Shown here: positions 7,912-16,320 of the stretch, piece by piece
Layout: each line of letters begins with the position of its first letter
How positions within the stretch are numbered: position 1 is the stretch's first letter
Origin: a virus
IMG/VR virus record: IMGVR_UViG_3300047170_000031
Location: 1-38,608 of that record
Reading direction: 5' to 3' (one strand)
Length of the DNA: 38,608 bases
Position numbers and translations under genes: made by a program
The notes under the pieces: generated by a model
The model's database searches: none
What the model was told of the DNA's origin: nothing
What the model saw: the letters and a program-made list of their open reading frames with translations, nothing else

Positions 7912-8153
7912 CGGAACGCATCTACATCATTCAATCGAAGGCGAATGGCAAGAAAAATATTTTCGTGCGCGCGACCACGGAGGAGCAGGCGCGGCGCGTG
8001 CTCATGGAGCAGTTCTTTACCACCAGCGTCGCGAGCCACGCCGAATTGTTCGAGGCGTTTAAGTATCAGGAGACTGAAATCCTGGACGCGGTCGCGAGTC
8101 CACAGGACGACATTGACGAGAAAATCGAAGAATCCAAGGAGCAGAAGACATGA
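7908..8153 (+). CDS. Hypothetical acidic protein, 81 aa, between Exo and RecT
   Basis: GTG start in a GTGA overlap and ATGA overlap with recT. No recognisable motif. Confidence 0.55.
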   Translation: MTERIYIIQSKANGKKNIFVRATTEEQARRVLMEQFFTTSVASHAELFEAFKYQETEILDAVASPQDDIDEKIEESKEQKT

Positions 8154-9190
8154 GCGAACAGAAAAGACCCTCGACTGCAATGGTGGTGGCGACGATCAGT
8201 TCGCCGGAATTCAAGGCGAAGGTAGCTACGTCACTGCCGAAGGGCATCGATCTCGATCGGTTCACCCGAATGACCATGACCGCGATCCAGAGCAAGCCTG
8301 AACTTCTCGAGGCGGACAAGGATTCGCTCTACCTCGCGATCCTGCAGTGCGCGCAGACCGGGCTCTCTCCCGATGGCAAGGAATCCGCGCTCGTCGTGTT
8401 CAACACGAAGGTCGGCAACAACCAGTGGGTCAAGAAGGTCCAGTTCATGCCGATGGTCACTGGAATCATCAAGAAGCTGGGCGAGGTCGGCGTCAAATGC
8501 GACACGAACGTCGTGTATGAAAACGACCTGTTCGACTATGAGGCGGGCGACGATGAGCGCATCACCCACAAGCCGGCGAAGCTCGGCACCGATCGCGGGC
8601 TGATGATCGGCTGCTACGCCATCCTGCGGGTCCAGGGCATCGATACGCCGTACCGCGAAGTCATGTCGAGCGCGGACGTCGAGGCGGTGCGCCGGCAGTC
8701 CCGGGCGCCCGACTCCCTGATGTGGACCCAGTTTGCGAGCGAAGGTTACCGAAAGACCGTTTTGCGGCGCTGCGCCAAGCGCATCCCGATGAAGTTCGAG
8801 GAATCGCTTGAGGCCACCTTGAACGCCGACAATGAGACGTTCGACATGACCCCGCAGGCGGCTACGGAAGCGGCACCGGCCGCTGCAGAAGCTCCACAGC
8901 CGGCGCAGATCGAACAGGTGAACCAACAGACGGATGACCGGGTGGTCGCGTCCCAGACGCCTCCAGAGGCGGCAAAACGGAGCAGAAAAACCCCCGCGCC
9001 GGCAGCGCCGGAACCGGTGGCGGCTGCGGAAGAATCAGAGAATCCTGCACCGCGGGAGGAACGACGCGCGCCGGAACCGGCGGCGCCAGCCCCCGCCGCT
9101 GCCAATACTCGCGCGCCAGCGCAGCCTGCACGTCCGGCGGCACTCGCTGCGGTGGTGGATGCCACGGACGACAATGAGGATATTTTCTGA
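8150..9190 (+). CDS. recT: RecT-family single-strand annealing protein with a long Ala/Pro-rich linker and an acidic C-terminal tip, 346 aa
   Basis: RecT-like core (aa 1-230: ...FTRMTMTAIQSKPELLEADKDSLYLAILQCAQTGLSPDGKESALV...). Low-complexity region aa 233-336. Terminal sequence DATDDNEDIF. Confidence 0.82.
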   Translation: MSEQKRPSTAMVVATISSPEFKAKVATSLPKGIDLDRFTRMTMTAIQSKPELLEADKDSLYLAILQCAQTGLSPDGKESALVVFNTKVGNNQWVKKVQFMPMVTGIIKKLGEVGVKCDTNVVYENDLFDYEAGDDERITHKPAKLGTDRGLMIGCYAILRVQGIDTPYREVMSSADVEAVRRQSRAPDSLMWTQFASEGYRKTVLRRCAKRIPMKFEESLEATLNADNETFDMTPQAATEAAPAAAEAPQPAQIEQVNQQTDDRVVASQTPPEAAKRSRKTPAPAAPEPVAAAEESENPAPREERRAPEPAAPAPAAANTRAPAQPARPAALAAVVDATDDNEDIF

Positions 9191-9193
9191 CCA

Positions 9194-9556
9194 TCAACTG
9201 ATGACGACGACGATCTGCGTGGGTGCGCCAGGCACCGGGAATGACACCGCCGCGCAGGCGGTGTTGCTCTGCGCGCTCTCCACGTTGTTGACGACCGCGG
9301 TCACGGCGAAACACTGCGTGGTGCCCGGCGTGAGCCCGGTGGTGACGACCGCTGTGTGCGCGCTGATCCCTGACTGGACCTTGACCAGCGTCGCGCCCTG
9401 CGCGCCCTGATAGACGTTGTAGGTCACGGCGTTCGAGATCGGCGTGCCGTTGACGTTGGTCGCGGGCTGCGTCCAGGTGAGGGTCGCCTGTCCGGTCACG
9501 GCGAGGGCGGGCAGACTTGCGAGCAGCAGGAACAGCAGCAGATTCAATGTCTTCAC
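9194..9556 (-). CDS. Secreted fibronectin-type-III-like protein, 120 aa, last gene of the lysis cassette
   Basis: GTG start with AGGAG SD. Signal peptide KTLNLLLFLLLASLPALA/VTG. ATLTWTQPATNVNGTPISNAVTYNVYQG...CFAVTAVV is FN3-like. Confidence 0.6.
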   Translation of the reverse strand: MKTLNLLLFLLLASLPALAVTGQATLTWTQPATNVNGTPISNAVTYNVYQGAQGATLVKVQSGISAHTAVVTTGLTPGTTQCFAVTAVVNNVESAQSNTACAAVSFPVPGAPTQIVVVIS

Positions 9557-9566
9557 GGTCGATCTC

Positions 9567-10037
9567 CTATTGAGGCCAGAGGTCAATTGCGGCGCGGCAG
9601 TCGGCAACGATCATTTCGACACGGGCTTTGAACTGCTCGATTTGGGGCCGGATATTATCGTCTCCAGGTCCGCCGACAGATCCCCCGGCGCCGGCAGGTT
9701 GATTTTGGGCGGCGGCGGGAACTTGGGGCACGGGGCCGGGACGTACTGGATTCGCGTGGCACACCCGCACAGGAGTAGTGACCACGCGGCCGGCAATAGC
9801 GGCCAATTCTTCCTGATGTTGCGCATCGACAGCCTCCAACTGCTGCTCATACTCGGTCTGGTGCTGGATCTCCAACTGCGTCTGGGCCGAGATCGCCGCG
9901 TTCACTTTCGCCTGGCATTCAGCGACACCGATGCCGACCTCATGGTGATTGTGTTCGACCCACCAGCCGGCGACCGCGACGCAGAGCGCCATCAGTCCGC
10001 CGAACTCAAGTAGCAGGCGGCCCGCTGCTATTGGCAT
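9567..10037 (-). CDS. Rz: i-spanin (Rz-like), 156 aa
   Basis: N-terminal TMD (LLLEFGGLMALCVAVAGWWV), coiled-coil middle, position after endolysin and holin, and an embedded o-spanin ORF. Confidence 0.7.
   Translation of the reverse strand: MPIAAGRLLLEFGGLMALCVAVAGWWVEHNHHEVGIGVAECQAKVNAAISAQTQLEIQHQTEYEQQLEAVDAQHQEELAAIAGRVVTTPVRVCHANPVRPGPVPQVPAAAQNQPAGAGGSVGGPGDDNIRPQIEQFKARVEMIVADCRAAIDLWPQ
9611..9826 (-). CDS. Rz1: o-spanin (Rz1-like) lipoprotein, fully embedded in the +1 frame of Rz, 71 aa
   Basis: GGAGG-N6-ATG. MRNIRKNWPLLPAAWSLLLCGC has a lipobox-like LCGC. The mature part is Pro-rich (PAPCPKFPPPPKINLPAPG). Confidence 0.65.
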   Translation of the reverse strand: MRNIRKNWPLLPAAWSLLLCGCATRIQYVPAPCPKFPPPPKINLPAPGDLSADLETIISGPKSSSSKPVSK

Positions 10038-10206
10038 TGACGTGCCCGATGATTGCGACGATCAAACCCAGGATCAGAACGGAGATGCCGCGGTACTGCT
10101 CGGGAATGAGCGCTTTGACCGCGTCGCTGTTCATCTGCAGGAAACCGAAAATAACCCCTGCGTAGCCCGCGATCCGTGTCTTGTGCGATGCGATCCATGC
10201 CCACAT
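10006..10206 (-). CDS. Putative holin, 66 aa, two TMDs
   Basis: MWAWIASHKTRIAGYAGVIFGFLQ...GISVLILGLIVAIIGHV. Lies between the endolysin and the spanins. Internal ATG of ORF 10006..10431, whose upstream part is Arg-rich off-frame translation. Confidence 0.5.
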   Translation of the reverse strand: MWAWIASHKTRIAGYAGVIFGFLQMNSDAVKALIPEQYRGISVLILGLIVAIIGHVNANSSGPPAT

Positions 10207-10211
10207 GACAA

Positions 10212-10382
10212 CTACCCTCCGCGAAGCAACACGATCACCAGCACAATGAGCAGGATGGTGCCGATGCCGATGCCGCCAGTGCCGTAACTGCTGGCCCACG
10301 GAGCGCCGCTGAAGTGACCATATCCGCCAACGCCCAACAGCAGGACCACCAGAACGACGAGAACGATGAGCCACAAATTCAT
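10212..10382 (-). CDS. Small two-TMD membrane protein, 56 aa (DUF3309-like by eye); holin or antiholin candidate
   Basis: MNLWLIVLVVLVVLLLGVGGYGHFSGAPWASSYGTGGIGIGTILLIVLVIVLLRGG. ATGA overlap with the endolysin stop. Confidence 0.5.
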   Translation of the reverse strand: MNLWLIVLVVLVVLLLGVGGYGHFSGAPWASSYGTGGIGIGTILLIVLVIVLLRGG

Positions 10383-10837
10383 AGCGCTGTCTCCGAGAAG
10401 GGGATGTCTTTCGGCCACTGGTCAGTTTCAATCATGGTGGCGACGCGCATGCCTCGAGTCGGCCCAACGTCTTTGTACCACTGTGAATCGGTCACCTCTT
10501 TTGCGGCGTTTTCCCAGCTTGCGTGCATGAGAAATCCGATCATGAGAACGAAATGCAGAAGCCGCTCGATGCCCATGAAAGACATGTCGATGATGGCGGC
10601 CTTGCGAACGTCGGATAAGCCAGTGAACCACCCGTACCTCGACAGGAAAGCCACGTTCGCTTGGATGTCCTCGGCCAGCATCAATTCGGCCACCGCGGGC
10701 GAGATCCCGTTCGCTTGAATGTTGTGACCGACGCCGATGGTCAGGATGCCCTTCGTGTCGTTGTAGAGGTGCAGCCGCACGCCTTCTTCGATTTGAAGCT
10801 GCTTCGACAGCCGTGCGGTCATTTCGTCCATCATCAA
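10379..10837 (-). CDS. Endolysin, T4-lysozyme-like glycoside hydrolase family 24, 152 aa
   Basis: QIEEGVRLHLYNDTKGILTIGVGH aligns with T4 lysozyme [23 protein letters not shown] (catalytic E-x8-D-x5-T). No N-terminal SAR/TMD. Confidence 0.9.
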   Translation of the reverse strand: MMMDEMTARLSKQLQIEEGVRLHLYNDTKGILTIGVGHNIQANGISPAVAELMLAEDIQANVAFLSRYGWFTGLSDVRKAAIIDMSFMGIERLLHFVLMIGFLMHASWENAAKEVTDSQWYKDVGPTRGMRVATMIETDQWPKDIPFSETAL

Positions 10838-10870
10838 TCCCGGATGTAAACGCCGAGCGCGACAGGAACC

Positions 10871-11179
10871 TTATGCAACACTCGCCGTGAGCGATGACGG
10901 CACAGAGAATTCCACAGTCGTCGGAGTGGTTGACACAGTAAATGACGCACTGACGGGGCTCCCGATCGGATTGGACGACGCATCGAGCGCCTGGATGGAC
11001 GCCGTATAAGCGCCGGTCTGGGTGAGGGTGGCTGACGCCGTGGTCGCGGTCGCAGCCAGCGTCTGATCGACGGTGGTGCCGTCAGGCTGCGTGATGATGA
11101 GCGATAAGGACGCGGGGGGCGCCTGTGTCGCCGGGAAAGACTGCAGCGAAAAACCGATCGTAAATGTGGCCGTGGACAT
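10871..11179 (-). CDS. Hypothetical Thr/Ser/Ala-rich beta protein, 102 aa (virion-associated by position)
   Basis: AAGGAG SD 5 nt upstream of the ATG. Long ORF in the operon strand. Confidence 0.55.
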   Translation of the reverse strand: MSTATFTIGFSLQSFPATQAPPASLSLIITQPDGTTVDQTLAATATTASATLTQTGAYTASIQALDASSNPIGSPVSASFTVSTTPTTVEFSVPSSLTASVA

Positions 11180-11205
11180 GGTCGCTCCTTAAGGTGAGAA
11201 AAAAA

Positions 11206-11601
11206 CTATCGACCCTCGCCGAAGGTCACATTCAACGCGGCCGACGTGCCGACAGCGATCGTGTTGATGTAGAGCTGTTGCGGCTGTCCGGCGGCCGGAT
11301 ATTGATTCAAAGAAATGACGGTCGCCGTACCGACCGCGATCGGGATCTCGAGCGACGGCGTCGACGGGCCAGGGATCGCCGCGGTGCGCGGTGCGCCCGT
11401 GATCGACACGTACACGATGCCGGTCGACGTGTTGACGATGCGCGCCTGCGGCGGGACGACCGACAGCCCGCTCGCCTGCGCGGCCGGCTGGCCCGAAATA
11501 GGCGTTGAAAACGACACCACCTGAGACAACGGCGTGAGCGTGGTGCCCGACGTCGTGACGTTGAACGTGTTGCTCTGCGGTATAAACGCCTGGTCGCTCA
11601 T
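11206..11601 (-). CDS. Hypothetical protein, 131 aa
   Basis: ATGA overlap with the upstream gene. Beta-rich composition. Confidence 0.55.
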   Translation of the reverse strand: MSDQAFIPQSNTFNVTTSGTTLTPLSQVVSFSTPISGQPAAQASGLSVVPPQARIVNTSTGIVYVSITGAPRTAAIPGPSTPSLEIPIAVGTATVISLNQYPAAGQPQQLYINTIAVGTSAALNVTFGEGR

Positions 11602-11969
11602 GTCGTGATTTTGACCTTCGGCGATTTCGAGGAGAAAATCGTGCCGCGCTGGTCCGGCGATCCGCCGACGTTCACGCCGAGGGCGAACGGCTTTCCCGAT
11701 TTGTTCATGGTTTTCAGCGTGTCTTTGAGCCCGGTGCGCGTGGTCTCGATCAGTGCATCAGGCTTGGCATCGGGCCAGACGCGCATCTGCTCGCTGTGAT
11801 CGAACACGAAATTGACGTTTTTCGCTGCCGTGTGATGGTTCGTGGGTTCACGGCTGCGAAGGGTGGTCGATGTCGATGTGCGCAGCGCCTTTTTCTCGCC
11901 GATCTCAAGCGGATGGCGGTCGAAATCACTGGTGTTGCGGGTGGGCATTCTGCTTTCAATCTTCGCCAC
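11598..11969 (-). CDS. Hypothetical protein, 123 aa
   Basis: GTG start preceded by GGAGG-N5. Confidence 0.55.
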   Translation of the reverse strand: MAKIESRMPTRNTSDFDRHPLEIGEKKALRTSTSTTLRSREPTNHHTAAKNVNFVFDHSEQMRVWPDAKPDALIETTRTGLKDTLKTMNKSGKPFALGVNVGGSPDQRGTIFSSKSPKVKITT

Positions 11970-12180
11970 GTCGGACCTCCAGTCGTCTGTCTGCCATCAA
12001 AACTGGCAGGAAAATCAGCACTGCAAACGCCCCCGCGATCCAGAAATGAAGGTAGTCACCTACGATCATCGCCCAGCAGAATATCGCGAAAGTCATTGAA
12101 AGCGCCACAATTGTCAACACGCGCTGGGCGAGGATCGTCATGCCGACGTCCACCACCCGCGCGAGTTCAGAAATCGTCAT
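11956..12180 (-). CDS. Membrane protein, 74 aa (2-3 TMDs)
   Basis: Hydrophobic segments VLTIVALSMTFAIFCWAMIV and FWIAGAFAVLIFLPVLM. Confidence 0.55.
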   Translation of the reverse strand: MTISELARVVDVGMTILAQRVLTIVALSMTFAIFCWAMIVGDYLHFWIAGAFAVLIFLPVLMADRRLEVRRGED

Positions 12181-12361
12181 CCTCGCCCCCGTTGTCGAAT
12201 CCCTTCCCGAATTCGTTCCCCTTCAGCTTGTGCTTCATGGTCTCGAATTTCATCGCGATCTCGATCGACTTCGCCTTTTCGTCGAAAGTCTTCGCGAGCG
12301 CGATCATATCCTTGATTCCCTTCGCGATTTCGGGGAAATCGCCGGCTGGCTTCTTGCTCAC
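12167..12361 (-). CDS. Hypothetical 64-aa protein with an acidic ...GGEDDDF C-terminus
   Basis: GTG start in a GTGA overlap with the 914-aa gene stop. Confidence 0.55.
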   Translation of the reverse strand: MSKKPAGDFPEIAKGIKDMIALAKTFDEKAKSIEIAMKFETMKHKLKGNEFGKGFDNGGEDDDF

Positions 12362-15102
12362 TGCAGGGTCGCAGGTCCGGGCATGGGGGTGGGCTGCTGG
12401 CCCGGACGCACCGCGGGCGCTGCAGGACCGGGCTCAAACCGATCCTGCGTGTCCTCGGCCGAGTTCGCGGCGATCTGCGTCGACACCTGGGTCATTTTCC
12501 GAAAGAGATCGGCCGTGCCGCGCATCCATGCTTCTTCGCCTTCCTCGCGGCCGGTGACGATCCACTTGACCGCGGAAGGATGCAGCACGATGAAGCGCAT
12601 AATGCCGGCGACGGCCGTCTCGTACAGGCGCCGGGTCATTTTGTGCCCCTGGATCGCGCCGGCCGCCATGCCAGGCATGTCCCCAGACTGGTTGATTCCC
12701 GATTTGAACGGGAACATGAACTTGATGACGTCGGAGATGTGGCGCATGTCCTCGGCCATGCCTTCGGGGAACAGCTCCTTCAACTGCGCCGGGCTGTATT
12801 GCTGCAGCGCTTTTTCGAGCGCCGTGTTGCCGCCTCGGTTGATCGCATGCAGGCTCGCGTTCCGGGCGACTTCCTCCAGCGCAGCCTGCCGCACGCCTGC
12901 CATCTGCGGGGATTTCTCACCGAACGCCGCCGCCACCGCCGCAATGCGGGAGTCGTCGCCGCCGTTCTCATGCCCTCGAGCGATCCACTGGTACGCCTGC
13001 TCGCCGGTCATGTCGGGATTGGCCAGAATCCTGAGCGCGTTTTTGGACATGTACTCATCGAGACGCGCCTTATCCGCGGTCATCTTTTCAAGCGCTGCCC
13101 GCGGGCCGCCGCGCATCAGGATGGCAGGATCGAGTTTCCCCTGCCGCGTTGCGATCAGCTTCGCGATTTCCTCCATTTCGTAAGCGGTGCCTTTTCCGTG
13201 GATCGCGTCCATCTGCTTTGTGATGTCGCCCGAACGCAGTTCGCGCATCATCGCCATGCCGTCGATGATTTTCGTGCCGTCGAAATCGGTGGTCTCGAAC
13301 GGCCGCATGAAGGTCTCGATGTGCGTTCCCTGGATGCGCTTCCACACATCGTCGCCGACCAGATCGCGCAGGCGAGAGATACGCGCGGATGAGGCATTCG
13401 TGATACTTTTCACCAGCGCTTCCGGGTCCGGCGGTGCGCCGCCCTTGATGTTCTTGATGATGGTGTCAAGTTTCGCATCGTCGAACTTACGGACGTTCGT
13501 TTTCCAAAAATCGTCCGCCTTGTTGAGCGCCTCGACACCTGCCTTTGCCTGCGGATCGAGCGCCGCGTCCTGAATTGCGCGGTCAACCGCAGAAGCCAAC
13601 TGACCATAATCATGCTGGGTCGAATTGTTCTGCAGCACCTTGTTTCCCCGAGCCTTGTCGCGCAACACGGTGCGAAGGCGCTGCGCCGCGGGCAAACTCC
13701 ATTTGCCGTTAGGAGGAAGCTCAAGGCCAAATTCAGACATCAAAATCGCATCTTCCTCGCTGACCGGCTTGCCGGCCTGCTTCGACAGATCAGACACCAT
13801 TTTGCTGACCTGTGAGGGCGAGGTCTTGCGGATCAGATCGACGATTTTCTGCGCTTCGGCCGCGACTTGTTCAGTCGGGACGATTTCCGCGTTGCCCACC
13901 AGCGTGTTGACGCGGTCATACAGCTTCGTGGCGGTCGATTTGAAATCCTGATTCGCGCTGTCGATCATTGCGGCGAAATCTCCCGTGAGATCGCCGTGTT
14001 TCGACGCCTCGATTTTGTCGGTGTACGCCTTCAGTTGCGCATCGATGTGCGTATCGGCTGCTGCGGCGCTGTCATCGACGGCCGTCACCAGCGTGTTGCG
14101 ATAAGCCTCAACTGAGGCTTTGAACCCATTGCCCACCTCGGTGTTCGACACCGAATGCTCCGGGCCGCTGATGGTGTTCAAGAACTCGTCGATGTGGTCG
14201 GGCGGATACCCCATGCCCTTCAACTTCTTCGCAAGCTCCGAGCGCACGAACGCCATGTTGGCCTTGTCCTGCTGCACGTAGGTGCCGGCGAGCTTCTGTC
14301 CCATCGCCTCAATTCGCCGCAGGTGCATCGCATCAGGCGCCATCGACGCATACGAGGGCTTAGCGCCCGCGCGCATGGCGGCCCGGGTCATCTGCTCCGA
14401 TTCCTCTGTTGCGCCAGTGATGAACCTGGGCAGGCGCGCGGTGAGCGCCTTTCCGACCACTTTGCCCGCGATCTGCCCGCCACCTTCGCCCAGCATGGCG
14501 TTGCCGGCGGACAGTGCGCTTGCGGTCAGTGCCTCGGTCGGCGTCTTGTCGAGTTCTCCGCGCGCGGCCTTCTGCGCCTCTTTGACCGCGTGCATGGTGC
14601 TGCCGCCGATGCCGGCGCCTAACAGCGTGCCCGCAGGGCCGCCCAAAAACGTACCGATGGTTCCGCCGGCGATCGTGCCGGCGATTTCCGGCGCATCGGA
14701 CGTCAATTTCGCGATGAAACTGGGGCCGTCGTCCGAGGGGCCGCCGACGCGGTACTTGCCCTGCGGGGTCTGGACGATGAGCTGCGGCTGACCGTCCGGG
14801 CTCCAGTCCATCGTGACCGCTTTGTCGCCGTACTTGTGACCCAAAAACCGCTGGTATTCCTTGATGTTGTCGAGGCCGGCGAGCGACACCTGATCGCCGA
14901 ACGGCATCTCATCCATCGGCAGGGTCGGGGTCGAATTCGGGTGCTGGAGCGGCGCAGGTGCGCCGTTCCCAGAACTGCCGAAGGCTGCCAGAATCGCCGG
15001 GTCCGTCACTTCTTCGCCGTGCTGCGCACCGTCAGCGGCAGGGGCATCGGTGCCTTTGCCGAACGCGGCCAAGATTTTCGGATCTGTGACTTCTTCCGCC
15101 AT
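12358..15102 (-). CDS. Large internal virion / ejection protein candidate, 914 aa
   Basis: GGAG SD. N-terminal tandem EEVTDP(K/A)ILAAFG repeat. Glycine-zipper segment GTIAGGTIGTFLGGPAGTLLGAGIGG. Third of three consecutive large genes after the tail genes. Confidence 0.65.
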   Translation of the reverse strand: MAEEVTDPKILAAFGKGTDAPAADGAQHGEEVTDPAILAAFGSSGNGAPAPLQHPNSTPTLPMDEMPFGDQVSLAGLDNIKEYQRFLGHKYGDKAVTMDWSPDGQPQLIVQTPQGKYRVGGPSDDGPSFIAKLTSDAPEIAGTIAGGTIGTFLGGPAGTLLGAGIGGSTMHAVKEAQKAARGELDKTPTEALTASALSAGNAMLGEGGGQIAGKVVGKALTARLPRFITGATEESEQMTRAAMRAGAKPSYASMAPDAMHLRRIEAMGQKLAGTYVQQDKANMAFVRSELAKKLKGMGYPPDHIDEFLNTISGPEHSVSNTEVGNGFKASVEAYRNTLVTAVDDSAAAADTHIDAQLKAYTDKIEASKHGDLTGDFAAMIDSANQDFKSTATKLYDRVNTLVGNAEIVPTEQVAAEAQKIVDLIRKTSPSQVSKMVSDLSKQAGKPVSEEDAILMSEFGLELPPNGKWSLPAAQRLRTVLRDKARGNKVLQNNSTQHDYGQLASAVDRAIQDAALDPQAKAGVEALNKADDFWKTNVRKFDDAKLDTIIKNIKGGAPPDPEALVKSITNASSARISRLRDLVGDDVWKRIQGTHIETFMRPFETTDFDGTKIIDGMAMMRELRSGDITKQMDAIHGKGTAYEMEEIAKLIATRQGKLDPAILMRGGPRAALEKMTADKARLDEYMSKNALRILANPDMTGEQAYQWIARGHENGGDDSRIAAVAAAFGEKSPQMAGVRQAALEEVARNASLHAINRGGNTALEKALQQYSPAQLKELFPEGMAEDMRHISDVIKFMFPFKSGINQSGDMPGMAAGAIQGHKMTRRLYETAVAGIMRFIVLHPSAVKWIVTGREEGEEAWMRGTADLFRKMTQVSTQIAANSAEDTQDRFEPGPAAPAVRPGQQPTPMPGPATLQ

Positions 15103-15105
15103 ACA

Positions 15106-16308
15106 TCACTCCTGTGGCGGCGTGCCCTTGTAAACCTTGCCGGTCGTGTTGTCCTTGTAGTATCCGGCCGTCGGACCTGAGCCTGGCGTGTAACGGTTGC
15201 TTGACTTGAAACCGCCGCTCAACAGCTTGTTGACCTGACTGATCGCATCGAGCGCCTGTCGCCGGCTGGTCGCGCCGTCGAGAACATTCAAAGCATCGTT
15301 CAACACTTTGCGCTCGTCCGCGCCCATCTTGCCCTTGCTTTTCAAGAGGCCCGTGACTTTAGTGCGCCAGAGCGCGACGTCATCCTTGAATTTCGTCGCA
15401 GGCGCGCTGTCCGTCATGCCAGTGGCGGTTCCCACGAATTCGGCGCCGCGGCGCAGCGTGCTACCGCGGCCGGTCATAAGAGTCGTGTTTTCGTTCAACT
15501 GCTTCTCAAGATCGTTACCCATGTTGACGACTTCCTGCGTGGAGGCGTCAATCTCAGCGGACTTGTCGTCGCTTTTACTCTTGCGAGTGTTGGCGTTCGT
15601 GACGGAGGCGCCCGCTCGAGTCGTGTTCGCATCGGCGTTCTGCTGCTTGATCCCGGTCTCGCGCGACAGCCTTTCCTCGCGCAGTTGCTTGATGATCTCG
15701 TCCTGGCTCATCGCCTGAATCTTCGCGTTCGACACCTCCAGGGACTTGCGAAGCTGGATCAGGTGCGCGACCTGGGACGTCGAGTTGTTCGTGGCCTTCT
15801 CATAGATCCCGACCGAGGCGTTCGCGGCAGTGACGGCCTTCTGAGCGGCATCCAACTGGCCTTTGTACGCGGTCGCGTACGCCTTGTAGACGTCGAGCCA
15901 CGTCTTGCTCTTGTCCCTGAAATCCTGGTACTGCTGATCGTACTTGTCGCGCGCGTCCTTATAGGCGTCCGCGCTGCCCTGCACCACGCCTTTCATCATG
16001 GCGTTCGTGGAAGCGAGCATGGTGATCCCGTGCTGCTTGCCGAGCGCCCCGCCGATCGCGCCCAGCGCCATCATGAAGGGCGCCTGCTTCATGACGTCAT
16101 TAAAGTGATCCTGCGGCGTGGGCGCGTTGAACGTCGGTTGATCTCCCGCAACCGCTTGCGGGTCAAAATTCGCCATGATTTGATCGCGTTCGGCGGTCGC
16201 GCTGGCGTATTGATTCTGCGCGGTTGCGAGGTCAGCCTGATTCTGCCCCAGCGTGTCAGCGGCGCCTAACGTGGCGGAATCGAGCAGCGTCGTGTCGGTG
16301 TCGGGCAT
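15106..16308 (-). CDS. Internal virion / ejection protein candidate, 400 aa, coiled-coil
   Basis: Gln/Lys/Ala-rich heptad-like sequence with the hydrophobic patch FMMALGAIGGALG. Confidence 0.6.
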   Translation of the reverse strand: MPDTDTTLLDSATLGAADTLGQNQADLATAQNQYASATAERDQIMANFDPQAVAGDQPTFNAPTPQDHFNDVMKQAPFMMALGAIGGALGKQHGITMLASTNAMMKGVVQGSADAYKDARDKYDQQYQDFRDKSKTWLDVYKAYATAYKGQLDAAQKAVTAANASVGIYEKATNNSTSQVAHLIQLRKSLEVSNAKIQAMSQDEIIKQLREERLSRETGIKQQNADANTTRAGASVTNANTRKSKSDDKSAEIDASTQEVVNMGNDLEKQLNENTTLMTGRGSTLRRGAEFVGTATGMTDSAPATKFKDDVALWRTKVTGLLKSKGKMGADERKVLNDALNVLDGATSRRQALDAISQVNKLLSGGFKSSNRYTPGSGPTAGYYKDNTTGKVYKGTPPQE

Positions 16309-16320
16309 GGTGCTATCTCA

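Noticed and set aside
12140-13183. Long plus-strand ORFs antisense to minus-strand genes (for example 12140..13183, 12580..13392, 17246..18157, 1727..2482, 3039..3794, 27832..28785, 36112..36861, 34598..35254)
   Set aside because: They lie opposite genes with strong motif, SD and coupling support. Their translations are Arg/Ala/Pro/Gly-rich, as expected for open shadow frames in ~60% GC DNA. They have no SD or operon logic.
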